A stretch of 64,000 nt of DNA from Selaginella moellendorffii (taxonomy: Eukaryota; Plantae; Lycopodiophyta), in assembly GCF_000143415.4 (NCBI RefSeq), contig NW_003314281.1, positions 242,417 to 306,416 of the forward strand, given 5' to 3'. Made by a program: the position numbers and the translations under genes. Position 1 is the first letter of the stretch. The number at the start of each line of letters is the position of its first letter. Positions 11,433 to 23,955 of the stretch are shown here, piece by piece. The notes under the pieces are model-generated. The model ran no database searches. It saw only the letters and a list, made by a program, of their open reading frames with translations, and was not told where the DNA came from.

Positions 11433-12767
11433 TCAGCGAGAAAAAAAAATTCGCGACGTGATCAAGTACCTGTCCAAAGCGGAAGAGATCTCGGTTCCAA
11501 GGAGTTTGCACTGGATGATCTCCAAAGCCCAGCAGATCACGTCAAACGGAGGCCTTTCTTCCGGATCTTCATGCCAGCACTGCTGGATCAGCTTCGCCAA
11601 GCTCGAGTCGACGGAACTCGGCAGCCGAGGCCTCTTCCCGGCTCGTTTCAACCCAGGGATGATCCAGTTCCCACCCCGGATCTTCTCCAAGAACTTCTCG
11701 GGCGACAACTCCTTGTACTTGTCCAGCGGAGTCTCTCCCGTGAGGACCGCGTAGAAGGTCATTCCAAAGCTGTAAACATCGGCCTTGTCCGTGTAAGAAC
11801 ACTTTGATCCTTCGTCACCCTGGAGAACTTCTGGAGCCCAGTAACAGTGCGTCCCTCTTCGAGCCGTGAGCTTCCCGTCATCCACGGATCTGGCAGTGCC
11901 GAAATCTCCTAACTTCACCTCTAGACCGCTGGGAAAAGTCTGGTTGAATCGAACGAGGAAGTTTCCCGGCTTCACGTCCCGGTGGATCAATCCAAACGCG
12001 TGCATGTACATGAGAGCAGTGGCGAGCTGGAGCATCACGTCGATCGCAGCTTTCTCTTCCAGCGGTAGATGATGGGGGTCTTTTTCAACCTTGTTCTTGA
12101 TCCAGGTCTGGAGATCGCCATCCATCAGCTCCATGATCAACCCGGCGCCAGAGTGATTGCCACTGCTACTGCCACTCCCGCTGATGGAGTAGCCATGAGG
12201 CTTGACAACGTGAGGATGGTCCAGCGTGAAATGGATCACTGCTTCGTCCTGGAGGTGTTCTTCCTCGCTAAACAGCTTGATCGCAAATTCCTGTTTCGAC
12301 CAAGTACACTTGTGGATGGCACCGTAAGCTCCTTGCGCTAGAAAGATTCCCATCTGGAAGCTCGCGGCCCTGGGAAGAGCACCCAAGATATCCTCCACTG
12401 TACCACCGATTCGCGGAGGAAATCTCACATTTTCCATCTGGAGCCACAGATTTCCGAGCTCGACCCTGTTGCTCATCTTCGGAAAGAACATGTGAAGCCA
12501 CCGGTTGATCTTGAAAGGCTTGTAGACGAGCTTGAGAGGGCCAAGGTATGCCGTGGTCGTAGTCTTGACGTCGAGAGACTCGAATGTCATGGAATAGGAC
12601 GTCGCCAGCGCTGGAATCAGGGACGAGAAGCTAAGATCGTGGGAGTACCTTACCAAGATTTTCTGCGATATCTCTTGCGCCTGCTTCTCCGTCGCTGGAT
12701 CCTGGTACTCGAGCCCAGCGAAGGGATCTTGCAAGACATAGCTGCCGAGGAGCAATTTGCGCGCCAT
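11433..12767 (-). CDS. Intronless protein kinase (TKL/Raf-like) with an unrecognised ~130-aa N-terminal region
   Basis: 444-aa ORF with AQGAYG, FAIK, HRDVKPGN, DFG, WAPE, DVYSFG, CWHEDPEERP. Confidence 0.92.
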   Translation of the reverse strand: MARKLLLGSYVLQDPFAGLEYQDPATEKQAQEISQKILVRYSHDLSFSSLIPALATSYSMTFESLDVKTTTTAYLGPLKLVYKPFKINRWLHMFFPKMSNRVELGNLWLQMENVRFPPRIGGTVEDILGALPRAASFQMGIFLAQGAYGAIHKCTWSKQEFAIKLFSEEEHLQDEAVIHFTLDHPHVVKPHGYSISGSGSSSGNHSGAGLIMELMDGDLQTWIKNKVEKDPHHLPLEEKAAIDVMLQLATALMYMHAFGLIHRDVKPGNFLVRFNQTFPSGLEVKLGDFGTARSVDDGKLTARRGTHCYWAPEVLQGDEGSKCSYTDKADVYSFGMTFYAVLTGETPLDKYKELSPEKFLEKIRGGNWIIPGLKRAGKRPRLPSSVDSSLAKLIQQCWHEDPEERPPFDVICWALEIIQCKLLGTEISSALDRYLITSRIFFSR

Positions 12768-12918
12768 GGATCGAGCTCCTGTGGGACGGGACGACGCAAG
12801 ATCGATCGCAAAATGTGGGAGATCGATCGAGAAAACGCGTCGTCAGAGTCAAACAAGGGAGCCCCAGTTTATATTTTAGGGTTCTTGGGGCTTGTCGCAT
12901 TTAGGGTTCTTCGCGGCA

Positions 12919-13212
12919 ATGGCGTCGAGGTTGCTCTCCCGATCCACGCTCGTTACGAGTCTGCTGCGCCGATCCACTTCAGCTCCAAGGAATCTCCACG
13001 GCATTGCTCCAGTGTCGCCGCTCGCCAGGGAGACGGTGGGAATTCCAGCGGCCGCCAAGAACTTCTATGTGCCGCGGCGGGATCTACACATCAACGAGCA
13101 CTCCTTCCGCGAGTTGGCCGTGGATTACGGCTTCACAGAGTTTGAGCCGCTCTACCGGGTGCTGCGATTCATCGTCGTCTATCGCTTCATCGCCGAGGTA
13201 CTTCTTTCCTAG
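12919..13212 (+). CDS. Small protein with mitochondrial-presequence-like N-terminus (3' end uncertain, possible intron at 13198)
   Basis: MASRLLSRSTLVTSLLRRSTSAPRNL is Arg/Ser/Leu-rich with no acidic residues. TAGGGTT telo-box motifs lie just upstream, and the C-terminal stretch is hydrophobic. Confidence 0.5.
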   Translation: MASRLLSRSTLVTSLLRRSTSAPRNLHGIAPVSPLARETVGIPAAAKNFYVPRRDLHINEHSFRELAVDYGFTEFEPLYRVLRFIVVYRFIAEVLLS

Positions 13213-13341
13213 CTCTAAAACACATCTAGCTGGGCTTGTTCTTGAAAGAACTCGATAGATTGCAAATAAATCTCTGTGGAGCTTTTCTTCTTTCTGACTT
13301 TCCAGGAGCAAAACTTACCACCATCGATCGTCACACACTTT

Positions 13342-14643
13342 CTAGAGATCGAAATCGTCGTCCTTGAGAGCTTCTTGCGCGGCCTCCTCCTCCTCGTCGT
13401 CCAGCACAAAGTACGGGTTGTGGACGACCGGCCGGAACTTATAGCCAGTGAAGAGATAGAATGCCAGAGTCGCGGCCTCGGCCGCGAAGCTGCTCGACCA
13501 TCGGTACTGGTATGGCGTGATCGTTGTCAGCGCAAACACCACGATCCGGGTGAAGTAGATGTAAGTCACGACGACGATGTAGTACTGGCGGAAGAGCGTG
13601 AGCTTGACGAGGTTCCTGGCGGCCTTTCCATCCGAGTGAGAGGCCTCTCTCAAGTGCTTGATCGACCAGACGATGGGGAAGAGGATGGCGCAGCAGCAGA
13701 TGATATCGAGCAACAGGAAGAGCTGGCGCCAGGTAAACCAGCTCTTGGTCGCCGGCCCGGTCTCGTCGATCACGATCGAGGCAACGTTTGCAAACACCTG
13801 GAGCGGGATCACCACCATCAACACCTTCTTCTCCTTGTCCTGGAGAAATGGCTTGAGGAACGACCACCCGGTCCCGACCAGGACGATCACCGTGAAGAGC
13901 ATCACACCCTTGAGGAAACCCGAGATGTAGAAGATCACGTCCCAGCCGTGCGCGGTGCCGGTCTTCTTGATGTAGCTCTTGTCCTCGGCCTCGGCGAGCA
14001 AGTTGAGCACCTTGAGCGCGAGAAGAACTCCCATGAGGATGTGGATCCTGTGCGTGGTCTCCTTGTGCTTGGCGCAGAAGTAGATCCAGAGGGCCGTGAG
14101 CGCGATGTAGACGAGCGCGAAGGTGAAGAACAGCGCTGGGAGCTGGGTCTGGCCGGCCGGGAGGAAATCCTTGACACTGCCCTCCAAGTTGTACATGGAA
14201 GTCTCCACGATCATCGAGACCTGCGAGTGAGCGTGGCAATTGATGAAGAAGAGCGAGTACTCGTTGCCATCGGCCACCGGGAAGGTGTTGTTGTAAGTCC
14301 CGCCGCGGCCATCGACCTCGTTGAGGCGGAGCAAGGCGCGGATCTTGGGATTGGCGAGGATGCACTGGTTCGGCTGCTTCTCGACGTCGGCGAAGACCTG
14401 GAGGAGCGCTTCCTCGGTGCTGAGGAAGAAGCCCATGAGCGAGAGATCGGCGTCGGACGAGACGTGGACCTCGGACACGAAGATCCCCACCTCGCCGCGG
14501 TTCGTGAAGCCGAATTTCTCGAACATGATGAGCGGGCGGCCATCGTCCTTGATCTTGGTGCTCTTGATCTCGGCCACGGCCAGCAGCGGCAGGAGCAGGG
14601 CTAGAATCACGCCGAGGATGCTGACCCTAGGAATGGCCGCCAT
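13342..14643 (-). CDS. GPR107/lung seven-transmembrane receptor (LUSTR/CAND7-like) protein, intronless
   Basis: Signal peptide, EIKS..IKDDGRPLIMFEKFGF, YSLFFINC, TGTAHGWD, GTGWSFLKPFLQDKEKK, LLDIICCCAILFPIVWSI, LFRQYY..YIYFTRI, YKFRP. Confidence 0.95.
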   Translation of the reverse strand: MAAIPRVSILGVILALLLPLLAVAEIKSTKIKDDGRPLIMFEKFGFTNRGEVGIFVSEVHVSSDADLSLMGFFLSTEEALLQVFADVEKQPNQCILANPKIRALLRLNEVDGRGGTYNNTFPVADGNEYSLFFINCHAHSQVSMIVETSMYNLEGSVKDFLPAGQTQLPALFFTFALVYIALTALWIYFCAKHKETTHRIHILMGVLLALKVLNLLAEAEDKSYIKKTGTAHGWDVIFYISGFLKGVMLFTVIVLVGTGWSFLKPFLQDKEKKVLMVVIPLQVFANVASIVIDETGPATKSWFTWRQLFLLLDIICCCAILFPIVWSIKHLREASHSDGKAARNLVKLTLFRQYYIVVVTYIYFTRIVVFALTTITPYQYRWSSSFAAEAATLAFYLFTGYKFRPVVHNPYFVLDDEEEEAAQEALKDDDFDL

Positions 14644-14877
14644 GGCCCTTGCGGCGATGAGAAGATTGCTGTTACCCTAGTGGCTGAGAGATCCCAGATC
14701 GAAGAACCCTAACTTGTGATCGCGAGAACTCTAGATCTGGGACTTCGTCGCGCGCGCACCTCTTTTTCCGCGTGGAAAAGCCCTAATGCAGGTATAACTG
14801 CATATTCCATTCCATGTCATCGCTTCGCTCTTTGACGTGGCGTACACGTGTATGTGTTCCAAAGTAAAGCCCTAAAA

Positions 14878-15017
14878 TGATCAATTTTTTTGGTCAGTAA
14901 CGATTGTTTGGTTGATCTTCGCAGGGGAAAATCGACGCTCGCTTGAGAGGTATAGATCAATTTTTTTGGTCAGTAACGATTTTTTGGTTGATCTTCGCAG
15001 ACGCGTATAGATCAATT
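14878..15017. repeat. Local direct duplication of a ~46-bp unit between ORC5 and the GPR107-like gene
   Basis: GATCAATTTTTTTGGTCAGTAACGATT(G/T)TTTGGTTGATCTTCGCAG at ~14879 and ~14955, plus a partial third copy. Confidence 0.8.
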
Positions 15018-15234
15018 TGTTAAGTGGTAGTTTCTGAAAATGTTTTAGACATCGAGTGGATACAACTACGATGGATTTGACGTTGGAACTCTCCTTACGA
15101 GTATGCCGGATTCGATTGCGACTTCTCAGCGTAGTCTACAGCCATTTGCGATGTAATGTATCACCGAAGCAATGCTCTTGTTTTGCAGCATCTATGATGG
15201 TCGTTGAAAACTTGATCTAAGAAAAGGCACCTGT

Positions 15235-17007
15235 TCAACAGTTGTAGTACAGGTACTTGGCGAGTGGAAAGCTAGTGCTCCTAGCGATCTGCAAAGCCAG
15301 CGAAAACCATAGTTGAAGTTAAAGAAGGAATGAAACGTTACCATATGGATGGCTTCCTCCTCCACATTGCACCGAAACTTTGGAGATCCTTCAAGTGGAT
15401 CAGTGAGTCCTTGTGATATCAGACCAACGCCGACGAGCGTTGATAGCTGCATTAGAACATCGGACGTGACTTCCATGCCTGCGTCTTCGTCCAGTTTGTT
15501 GTCATGAGCAGAAATCCCGAGTTTCAACCCAGGGCCGGTTGCAATGCACGAGAATATTGCCAGGAGCCTCTCCAGAGAGAAGCTGCCTGGACCTTTGAGT
15601 TGCCTCTCCATCTCCTTGTTTTCTTTCTTTTCCGTGGCTGACAGAGAACTCCTGTGATCGGAACACGTAAGAGAAAAGAGAAGAAATAACTAGAAATTGA
15701 GCTTCACCTTCGCCTTCGTTTCCTCGAGCCACTTGCGTTGCCGGCATCAAACAAGGCGGCATCCAATGTAGCTGGATTAGTGGAAGCGATGTATGCCGCC
15801 AGAAGCAGATATTTACTGCAGAGAGGCAACTGTAAATCGCAGAGTTGATCGTCGGACGCTGGAGCGCTGATGACTGATCTTCCTCCACCTTGTGACTCCA
15901 GTAACTTTCCTGGAGATGCTGCAAGGATAGAAGAAGCCCGTCCCAAGAAGCTGCGAACGTGTGGTTTGATAAGCGTGAAGAGCTTTCGTTTCCCTTGCTC
16001 GTCCGGAAGCACCGCTCCCGAGACCACCGGCGCGCAGTACTGCTCAAAAAGAGGCTCCAGCAGCATCATGAGCTCGGTTATTCTCCGTGTTGCTCGGCTA
16101 AACGGCTTCAACACGGCACTGGAGAAACCAAAAGATTAAGGCGCATGAGTATCATCCCTCGGCATGAAAGAAGCAACTTACTTGAGAAACGAAACGTAGA
16201 GATCGGACTTGATTTGCTTCTTCACCAGGATCTGGAAGAGTTCGTCGTCTAGATAATCTCTGAAGTAAACTGGCAGGGGCTGCCGGCATCCTGTGCCGGA
16301 CGTGAAAGCATGAGGGCCAACGCTGCTGATGAATACCATTCCCAGCTGCGGGAGCCGGGAGAGCTCTGGAAGCCGAAACAAAACCGATAAAAGGTTTTGT
16401 CCACCACTCCAGTTCCTCACGAGATCAATGTTGTCAATGATGAGGTAGACAACCCCTGTTTCTCGCTTGAACCAGCTCAAGTTGCCAAACACAGTGACCA
16501 ATTCATCGCTACTGGCTTTGCCGTTTGACGGAGACGAGCAGCTCTGTACTGAAAAACGAGTTGTGAGAAAGAAAAATGAACGACCGACAGACAAAAGAAT
16601 GCACCCACTTCATTGTTGGATCGACGAATAGCCTCCTCGCAAGCATCTGGAAGAAACTCCACGAAATCCGAGGCTCTTTCACACTTGCGCGCGCTGGAGT
16701 AGCCATTCTCGGCGCTCCTCACGTGCCCAACCAGGCTGTTGATGATCGATTCAAACAAAATCCTGGCGGCATGGCACGATCGACAGCTCGCGTATGCGTA
16801 TGGCCTGCGCAAATGCCGGAAGATCTCCTTGACGACGCTCGTCTTGCCGGTAGACGCAGCGCCATGTACGAGCAGCGGCGGGAAGAAATCATACGGGCCT
16901 CCCAAAATCGACAGGAGATCCTGGATTTCGCTCCTCCTGCCGGGAAAATCACGTACCAGGACCTCTTGCCTCTTCCCAATGTTGGCGTCCGCGTCGGCGG
17001 AATTCAT
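15235..17007 (-). CDS. ORC5: Origin recognition complex subunit 5 (multi-exon)
   Basis: FPGRRSEI, Walker A HGAASTGKT, LFESII, YLIIDN, PLPVYFRDY, SKYLLLAAYIASTNPATLDAALF, KGPGSFSLERLLAIF, PKFRCNV. The final exon reads IARSTSFPLAKYLYYNC*. Confidence 0.95.
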
Positions 17008-17044
17008 GATCCAAGAACCCTAAAAGGATCCTAGAACCCTAGAC

Positions 17045-20000
17045 ATTATTTTTACCAGGAGGTCCAATTGATAATTAAAACATACAGCAAATACTTAAAT
17101 TTCTTGTGCATAAATTCCCTGGTAACAGAATATATTGAAAGGTGAAGAAGTGTCTTGTTGCGAAATAGAAATTGCAGTAAACCTTCCAAAATGTAACTCC
17201 AAAAAGTATTTGCATAGCACCTCTATTAATTGCATCATCTCCAAAAGAATTAAAGGATGAAGATAAAGACTATTTTCTTAGTATTGGGAATTAAAATACT
17301 ATAAACTGAACTATTAACAGTTAATATAGATCTTAAATAGGAAGCTTTTGTAAATCAGCTAAGAGCTATTAATAGATTAGGTTCTTAGAAACTAAACTTG
17401 CTTATTTGCTGCCCAATAAGAATCAGAGATATGTGATCAGGCAGCCAATTGCAAATTCATGTTACCTAAGGAGATTTGGATTTGGGTATTTGCAATTAGA
17501 GGGAGATCATAGACATATGAAAGATTGTTCTTCTTAGGAACGTGATGAGATGGGTTTTGGAATAGGACATAAATGGCAGCCTCATTTGAACATCTATGGT
17601 TGGAGAGTTGGAGATCAAAAAGTTAAAGAGAATGACTACATAAGTAATATAAAAGAGAGGTGTTTGTGACTTTGTGAGGTCAAGCTGGGCCTAACTCCAT
17701 CCCTTCAGGGCTTTTGCATTCAAATTTTCGTGTGTTTGAGAGTGTGAAGTGGAGCAGTTCGAGGTTTATCCCACATAAAGGCCTTGAGTTGAGTTGTAGT
17801 GAGAGTTCTAGTGTTTATGTGGGGAATCCCCCTATTCAACATCTAGGGTTACAACATGTTCTAGTGTGTTAATGCCCTTGCCATGGGGTTTCTTGTGGGT
17901 CTTTTAGCCAGTTAGAGAAATCTAATGCCCCCAAAAGTTTTATGAGTGTCTGAGAGTGAGTTTGATAGTAGTAATGTGTCTTGTCCTTGTTGGGTCTTTT
18001 GCTTGAAGCTTCTATAAGTTGTGTCTACACTTTAACAGCCTTTTGGAGTTGCATGTGGGCAAGATCAATACTTGAGGGCTAATGGAGCTCTAGCCAACAC
18101 TTTTGTAGTTTTTAAGTTAAACAATCAAGCTGGTGACACATGGAAGTTCTAGTAAGTTTAAGTTTTCACACTTAGGATCAGCCAAAGTAGATTTAGAATC
18201 TGACTGTTCTAATGATCTTGAAGGAGTTATGGTGAGCAAGATTTTAATGCCACAAGCTTGTGAGGAATTTTCTTGGGGTCTTCAGCATCAATCTTGGGGT
18301 GACATAAATGAGGTGAAATATATATATATGAATCATTAACAACAAATAGTAATTTGTAAGCATTTGGCTAGATGGCTATAACAGGTTTTGGTGCCTCATA
18401 TTTAGCTTTAGAACAATAGAGGACCAAACAACTACAAAGAACCACCATGATTTAAGCCAAGCTAATTGAAATAAATTCTAAGATTTGCAAAGAGACTACA
18501 TTGAGTTTTTTAGTGTTATATGACAATTTTGCATCATTCCACCAATATTAACATAGTCTTCCAAGATGAGGATGAGGATTTAGAGGAGGTGGTAGAGGCT
18601 GAAGTTAAAGACTATTTGGAATACATAAGGACATTTTTAACTTTGGAGATAAATGGCAATTGGCATCTATTGTGGAACACAGTTCTAAAGATGGAAGAAA
18701 AGAGCATTTTATGTCAACATTGTTGAACAATCAAGGAAGTGTTAAAAGTAGAAATGCTTGTAAGTAGCAAACAGCAAAAAAAAAAACTGCAAAAGACTGA
18801 CTAATAGCAATTAAAAAGGTTGCAAGAGGTCTATTTGAGGGGGTTTAGGTTACTTAGAGATGTCATTTAAAGTAAATGCTCAAATGAGTTGTAGGCATGT
18901 TTTTGTGTTGAGCATATTTATGGATTACTAAGGTGAAAATAAACTCTATAGAGGATAGAGGAGAAAGGAATGAAGTCTTAATGAATTTAGTAGAAACTAT
19001 AACTCTTTTTGTCATAGATGTGGAATTAAATTAGGATTTAATCCAAGTTGAGGGTAGGAATGGTAAAAATAATTATTTTTTTCGTAAAATAGAAGCTTTC
19101 TTGCCAGATTTTTTATCAAATGGATGAGTAATGGTAGTAGAAATCTATATTGTAACAAAGTTCGAGGACAAAGAGTTGGTTATAGTCACAAAATAAATAT
19201 CTAAGTCAATATCTCAAATTGTTTTTGTTTAAGCATTTCCAACTTGAATAAGAACCAATAAGAGTCTTATAATATGGTTGAATGCTATATAATTAAAGCT
19301 AGTAGAGGTAGAAAATAAATACATATGCCCACTACATGGATGATTTAGGCATTTACCAACTAATTTGAGTTGAAGCTTTTAGAGGAGGTAAAAACGTAGT
19401 AGAAACTTAGCCAATTAAAGAAACTTAGTGGTTTTAAGTAGAACTTAAACAAAATTGAGCATTTATGGAGTTGTTGAGCTGATAAATTAAAGCATCCAAA
19501 AAATGAAAAAGGAAAAATGATTAGAGATACAAATGTGGTAAAAATTTATAACTAATTAGGGAAACTCAATGGTCCTAAGTAGACTTAAACAAGGATATGA
19601 TCTAGCTTCTAAGATGGGTATTTCCAAAAGGTGTTGAGTTGCAAGTTAAAACATCTAAAATAAAAAAATGAAGAATGGATAAAGATACTATTAAAAAGGT
19701 AATAAAAACTTAATTAGGGAAATTCAATGGTTCCAAATTTAAAATTTAAAGAAAGGGATCAGAAAATGGCTTAAAGGCCCAATAACCTCATGGAAAAGGA
19801 TAAATGGTTAGCAATACCCCTTGAGTTTAGAGAAATAAGTAAAATTAAAGATATTAAAATCCATCTACTATAATGTAGTGTATATTTATTTGATAGGGGA
19901 TAGTCTAAAGTTGAGTTGAGCTCAACTTAGCATAAGTAAACTCAAATCAATAAAAATCTTACAAAAGAAATCTAAATTGAAGAAATGAAGGTTCTGGCAA

Positions 20001-22240
20001 ACTTTTAATTATTGAAATACATAAATATCTAAGTTAAAAGTTTCTATTAGATTGAGTAGTTTAAAAAAACAAAGTTTATGAGAACCTATATTTTATAAAG
20101 CTATAGTATTTTACTATGACTATTATTACAACTATCATACTTTTGTTTGACTACTTAATATTTTGACTACTTTTATAGCTGTACATATTATTCCTTTATT
20201 TAAAATATTTTTTTAGGGTTCTTGAGAAGTAAAGAAAATAAAAGATATATGAGTAAGAGTTGTAGTGCAAAGGATTGTAAAAATATTAATTTTATTTCAC
20301 TGCCATAATTTCTATATTACACTCTAGTCCTTATTACTCATATGAGAATGTGAAGACAACTGTCACCATTGATAAATACTCATGTTACTTTTAAAATAAT
20401 AATCTAGAGAAAGAGAAATGAAAAAATAAATAACACAGCAGAAAGAACCAAGAAATTTACACCATAAACTTTCTATAATATTTGTAAATTATATATTAAT
20501 TCATATAAAAAACTCTATTGCTTGTCTACATTGCAATCCTCCTGTATGAATAGACCAAGGTATATTTTTGTAGTGAATCCCAAATAAGAGTTTTTGGGAG
20601 TTTTTTGTGAATATTAATAAAAGAAATTAAAATCTTTTGAAAAAGTCAAAAGTAATATCATATGAAAGAATCAATTTATCTACATTTCCAAGTCTCACAC
20701 AAGAGAATAATAGTGTGCTAGCATGCCCTACCATTATAATGTGGTCTATATTTCCCTATAGTTTATTTCTCTAGAGAATTGGCATGTGTAGAAAAGAATA
20801 TATGCATAGTGAAGTAGGATTTCATTAAAATGATAGAGCACGTGTATGCACAATAATCTAGAAATCTAGAAGCTTTTATGTTTACAAGTAAACTATGATT
20901 ATGAAGTTTTATTTCAGAGACTAATATTTCAAGAATTTAAGTATTGTTGGTATTATAATAAATAAACCTTATTCCCAAGATTAAAACTTAGTATATAAAC
21001 TACCTAGAAAAGTTATTATCATCATAATTTTTTTGATCTCCTTAAACTCCTTAAAAGTTTGTATAGAAATGGCTTGAAAGAAAGTCATTGCTACTAGTAC
21101 TTGCCCCTTCCCCCCGCCTAACATTTTATATCAATCTTCACCTCCATCCCTAAGTTCTACAAACATTCCACCTTCACTTCCACATAATAATCTTTTTTAT
21201 GCTATGGGCTCTAATAAAGTTAAACTAAAGCTCCTGATATATAAAATTCTGGATCTTGCTACTAAGGAGGGATTGCCTCAAACACTTCAAGAGCAATGCC
21301 ATATGTTTTTGCAAGATCTTGACATGGCAAGACTATTTAAAAGCATAGAACACTATTATATTTAATGTCTAATATACTACTTTTTTTTGGATAAGACAAA
21401 TGGCTCTATGGGTTTATAAACTTTTCTTGAGCATTGTAGCAATTGCCTAATGGTAGGTCTAGAAAATGTGCATATATAGATGTACAATAGATTCAAGAAT
21501 AAGTTACGGACACATACCCACTACCACTTCATGGTGAGGAACAACATCCCCTTGGGAAACATTGCATTAACTAATGCAAAATATAGGGTTTTTAGGCCAT
21601 AGTGGAATGTAAGATCTAGAATTATTTACTATATTATAGTATATCTCAAAAAAATATTAATGATATTAGTTGTAGGTAATATACCTTGTTCTAGATGGTG
21701 CTATCATATCATATACAAATGTTTACTAGATGTTGAAGGAGATAGCAGCACACAAGTTCTATGAAGTGATGGTGACAAATGAAAAAAATAATTTGTAATT
21801 ATGATATCTAACACTAACACTATCACTGACATATGACACTTTCACAGACATCTGATATATAACAAGTTTTTCATTTTATGCAAGGATGCAATTAACTTTC
21901 TTTTACCTCATCATCAATATATTGATTCCTTTTATACCTCCTTCTATATTGGTATTATGGGGAAGATTTGAGCTATGGCTTCTGCATAGTTAGGGAGACT
22001 TCCAAAGCCTTTAATTCTAGAAATTATAAGTGATTGTGATCTATAAAATAGAACTAAACATGTATTGAAACATAATTTATCTTCTTGAGATTGGAGGCAA
22101 CTCACAAAATCCTTTGAGCTGGTGTTTGAAAAAATGATGTTTTTCAATAGCAAACACTAACTTACTAAAGTTATATACTGCCTCTACCATAGAATCGTTA
22201 CTTATTGTGCAACCAATCACAATACTATCTAGTGGGCAAT
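17045..22240. mobile_element. AT-rich, heavily decayed transposon-derived sequence (possible LINE RT remnant near 21310-21530)
   Basis: Abrupt drop in GC/CpG and no long ORFs. LDMARLFKSIEH weakly resembles the LINE RT motif LD.EKA.D.V.W. Confidence 0.35.
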
Positions 22241-23509
22241 TGTAGTGTATATGGTTTTTACCCTTAATCTTATGGTGATTTACCATAGGTTAACCACGAA
22301 GTGGAACCTAACCATATGTCATATGCCACATGACACATGCCACGTGTCCAAAGGATAGTGGTGTAGAACTGGTTTTGATGTCCTTAGATTATGAATTTGG
22401 ACACAAGATGAACACCATTGTGTTTAGGACAATCTCTACATTTTGTAGATCGGCTCAGTATAAGAAACTCATATATTGGCTTGCACTTGCTAATGTTAAG
22501 AACCCATATAGTATTGAGTCTGATCCCTTAATGTTTGATAGGTGATAGTTTATTATATCTACTAAGACACTCTCATTATCATGCCCTTTGTGTTGGTTTC
22601 CATTAGCTATTTATAGAAAATATCTAGATCTATTAATTTGGCATATCTAGAACACCAATATAGTTGCTATTAATCAATTTTATTAACACCAAAACAAAAC
22701 TAAAAAAATAAAAGCAATTCACCACTCAAACCTTTCTAGCAACCAAACTAACTAATGTCGAAAATACCTTGCTCAGTATCCAAAACCAATCCTTCAACAA
22801 TACTTAGTTACAAATAAATATATCATCAAGGAGTAATTCACTATATCTAAGACTTAATATAACCCACAATCAAATGATATTAAAAGAAGTAGAGTCGACA
22901 TACTAATATGGAAAAACCATGTAAGTTTAATAATACGACCCTCCATAACACCATTTGGTAAAGCAAAATCATCACTGCTAAATCATCATTGAGCGAAGAA
23001 AGTATCAACAATCCTTGACAAAATCTACAAGTAATCACTAGTTGCAAAGCAACCAACAATCACTCTTTAATTTGCCTTTACAAGTCCCAAACACTAAACT
23101 CATATCATCAAATTATATATTTGTCTAACATCATATAGAAACATGGACAAGTATGGACAACATGACCACTTAAATCCAATTGAACCATAATAATCTCACC
23201 AACACGTGTAGCTAATAGCTTTGAACATGCTTTGAAGAGGTGAGCTATATATGATCAACACTTAGCCAAAACTAAAGTGAAGACCATAAGACGGACTTAT
23301 ATGGTATACAACCTCCTCATATACAAAGCTATAGTATAGGTATTAATATCTCAACTGCAAACAACTAAGTTGGACATCACCATCCTTGTCTAAAGTGTAA
23401 GGCTACTATTGAATAACAACAATATTAACACCTCCATTTCCACATTGAATCTACTAATTTTTCTATTGTGTAGACTAGATCTTAACATGTAAAGAAACTA
23501 GTCAACCAC

Positions 23510-23955
23510 CGACGAGTGGGGTAAGAATATTCTGAAGGAATATTCAAAATGGTGGATCTAGAAGGAGAACTAAAGTTTGGTAAACCCTAAGAGAAGGATC
23601 ATGGTGACCGGAGGGTGGCCTAAGTATGATTGCAGCCGATCATTCTCTACGAGGGGAGGATTGTTAGACACCAGGTCAGGATAATAAGATAAAGAAAGGG
23701 CCCTACAATCAAGTGATCACCCCTTTAGCCAGTTGGTTTAGGGTGTAAGGGATAGGATCCTAACATTTTCAACACTTAGCCAAAACTAAAGTGAAGACCA
23801 TAAGATAGACTTATATGATACACAACCTCCTCATATACAAAGCTATAGTATTATTAGGCACTAGGTCAGGATAATAGGATAAAGAAAGGGCCCTGCAATC
23901 AAGTGATCACCCCTTTAGTTAGTTGGCTTAGGGTGTAAGGGATAGGATCCTAACA
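23510..23955 (+). mobile_element. Degenerate TRIM (internal region plus LTR, LTR tandemly duplicated)
   Basis: Matches the 31057-31450 TRIM: internal segment, PPT, and LTRs at ~23662-23765 and ~23852-23955 ending GATCCTAACA. Confidence 0.85.

Noticed and set aside
13276-14604. 442-aa + strand ORF and a 308-aa alternative-frame ORF over the GPR107-like gene
   Set aside because: Shadow ORFs expected from high GC3 codon usage, with no recognisable protein features.
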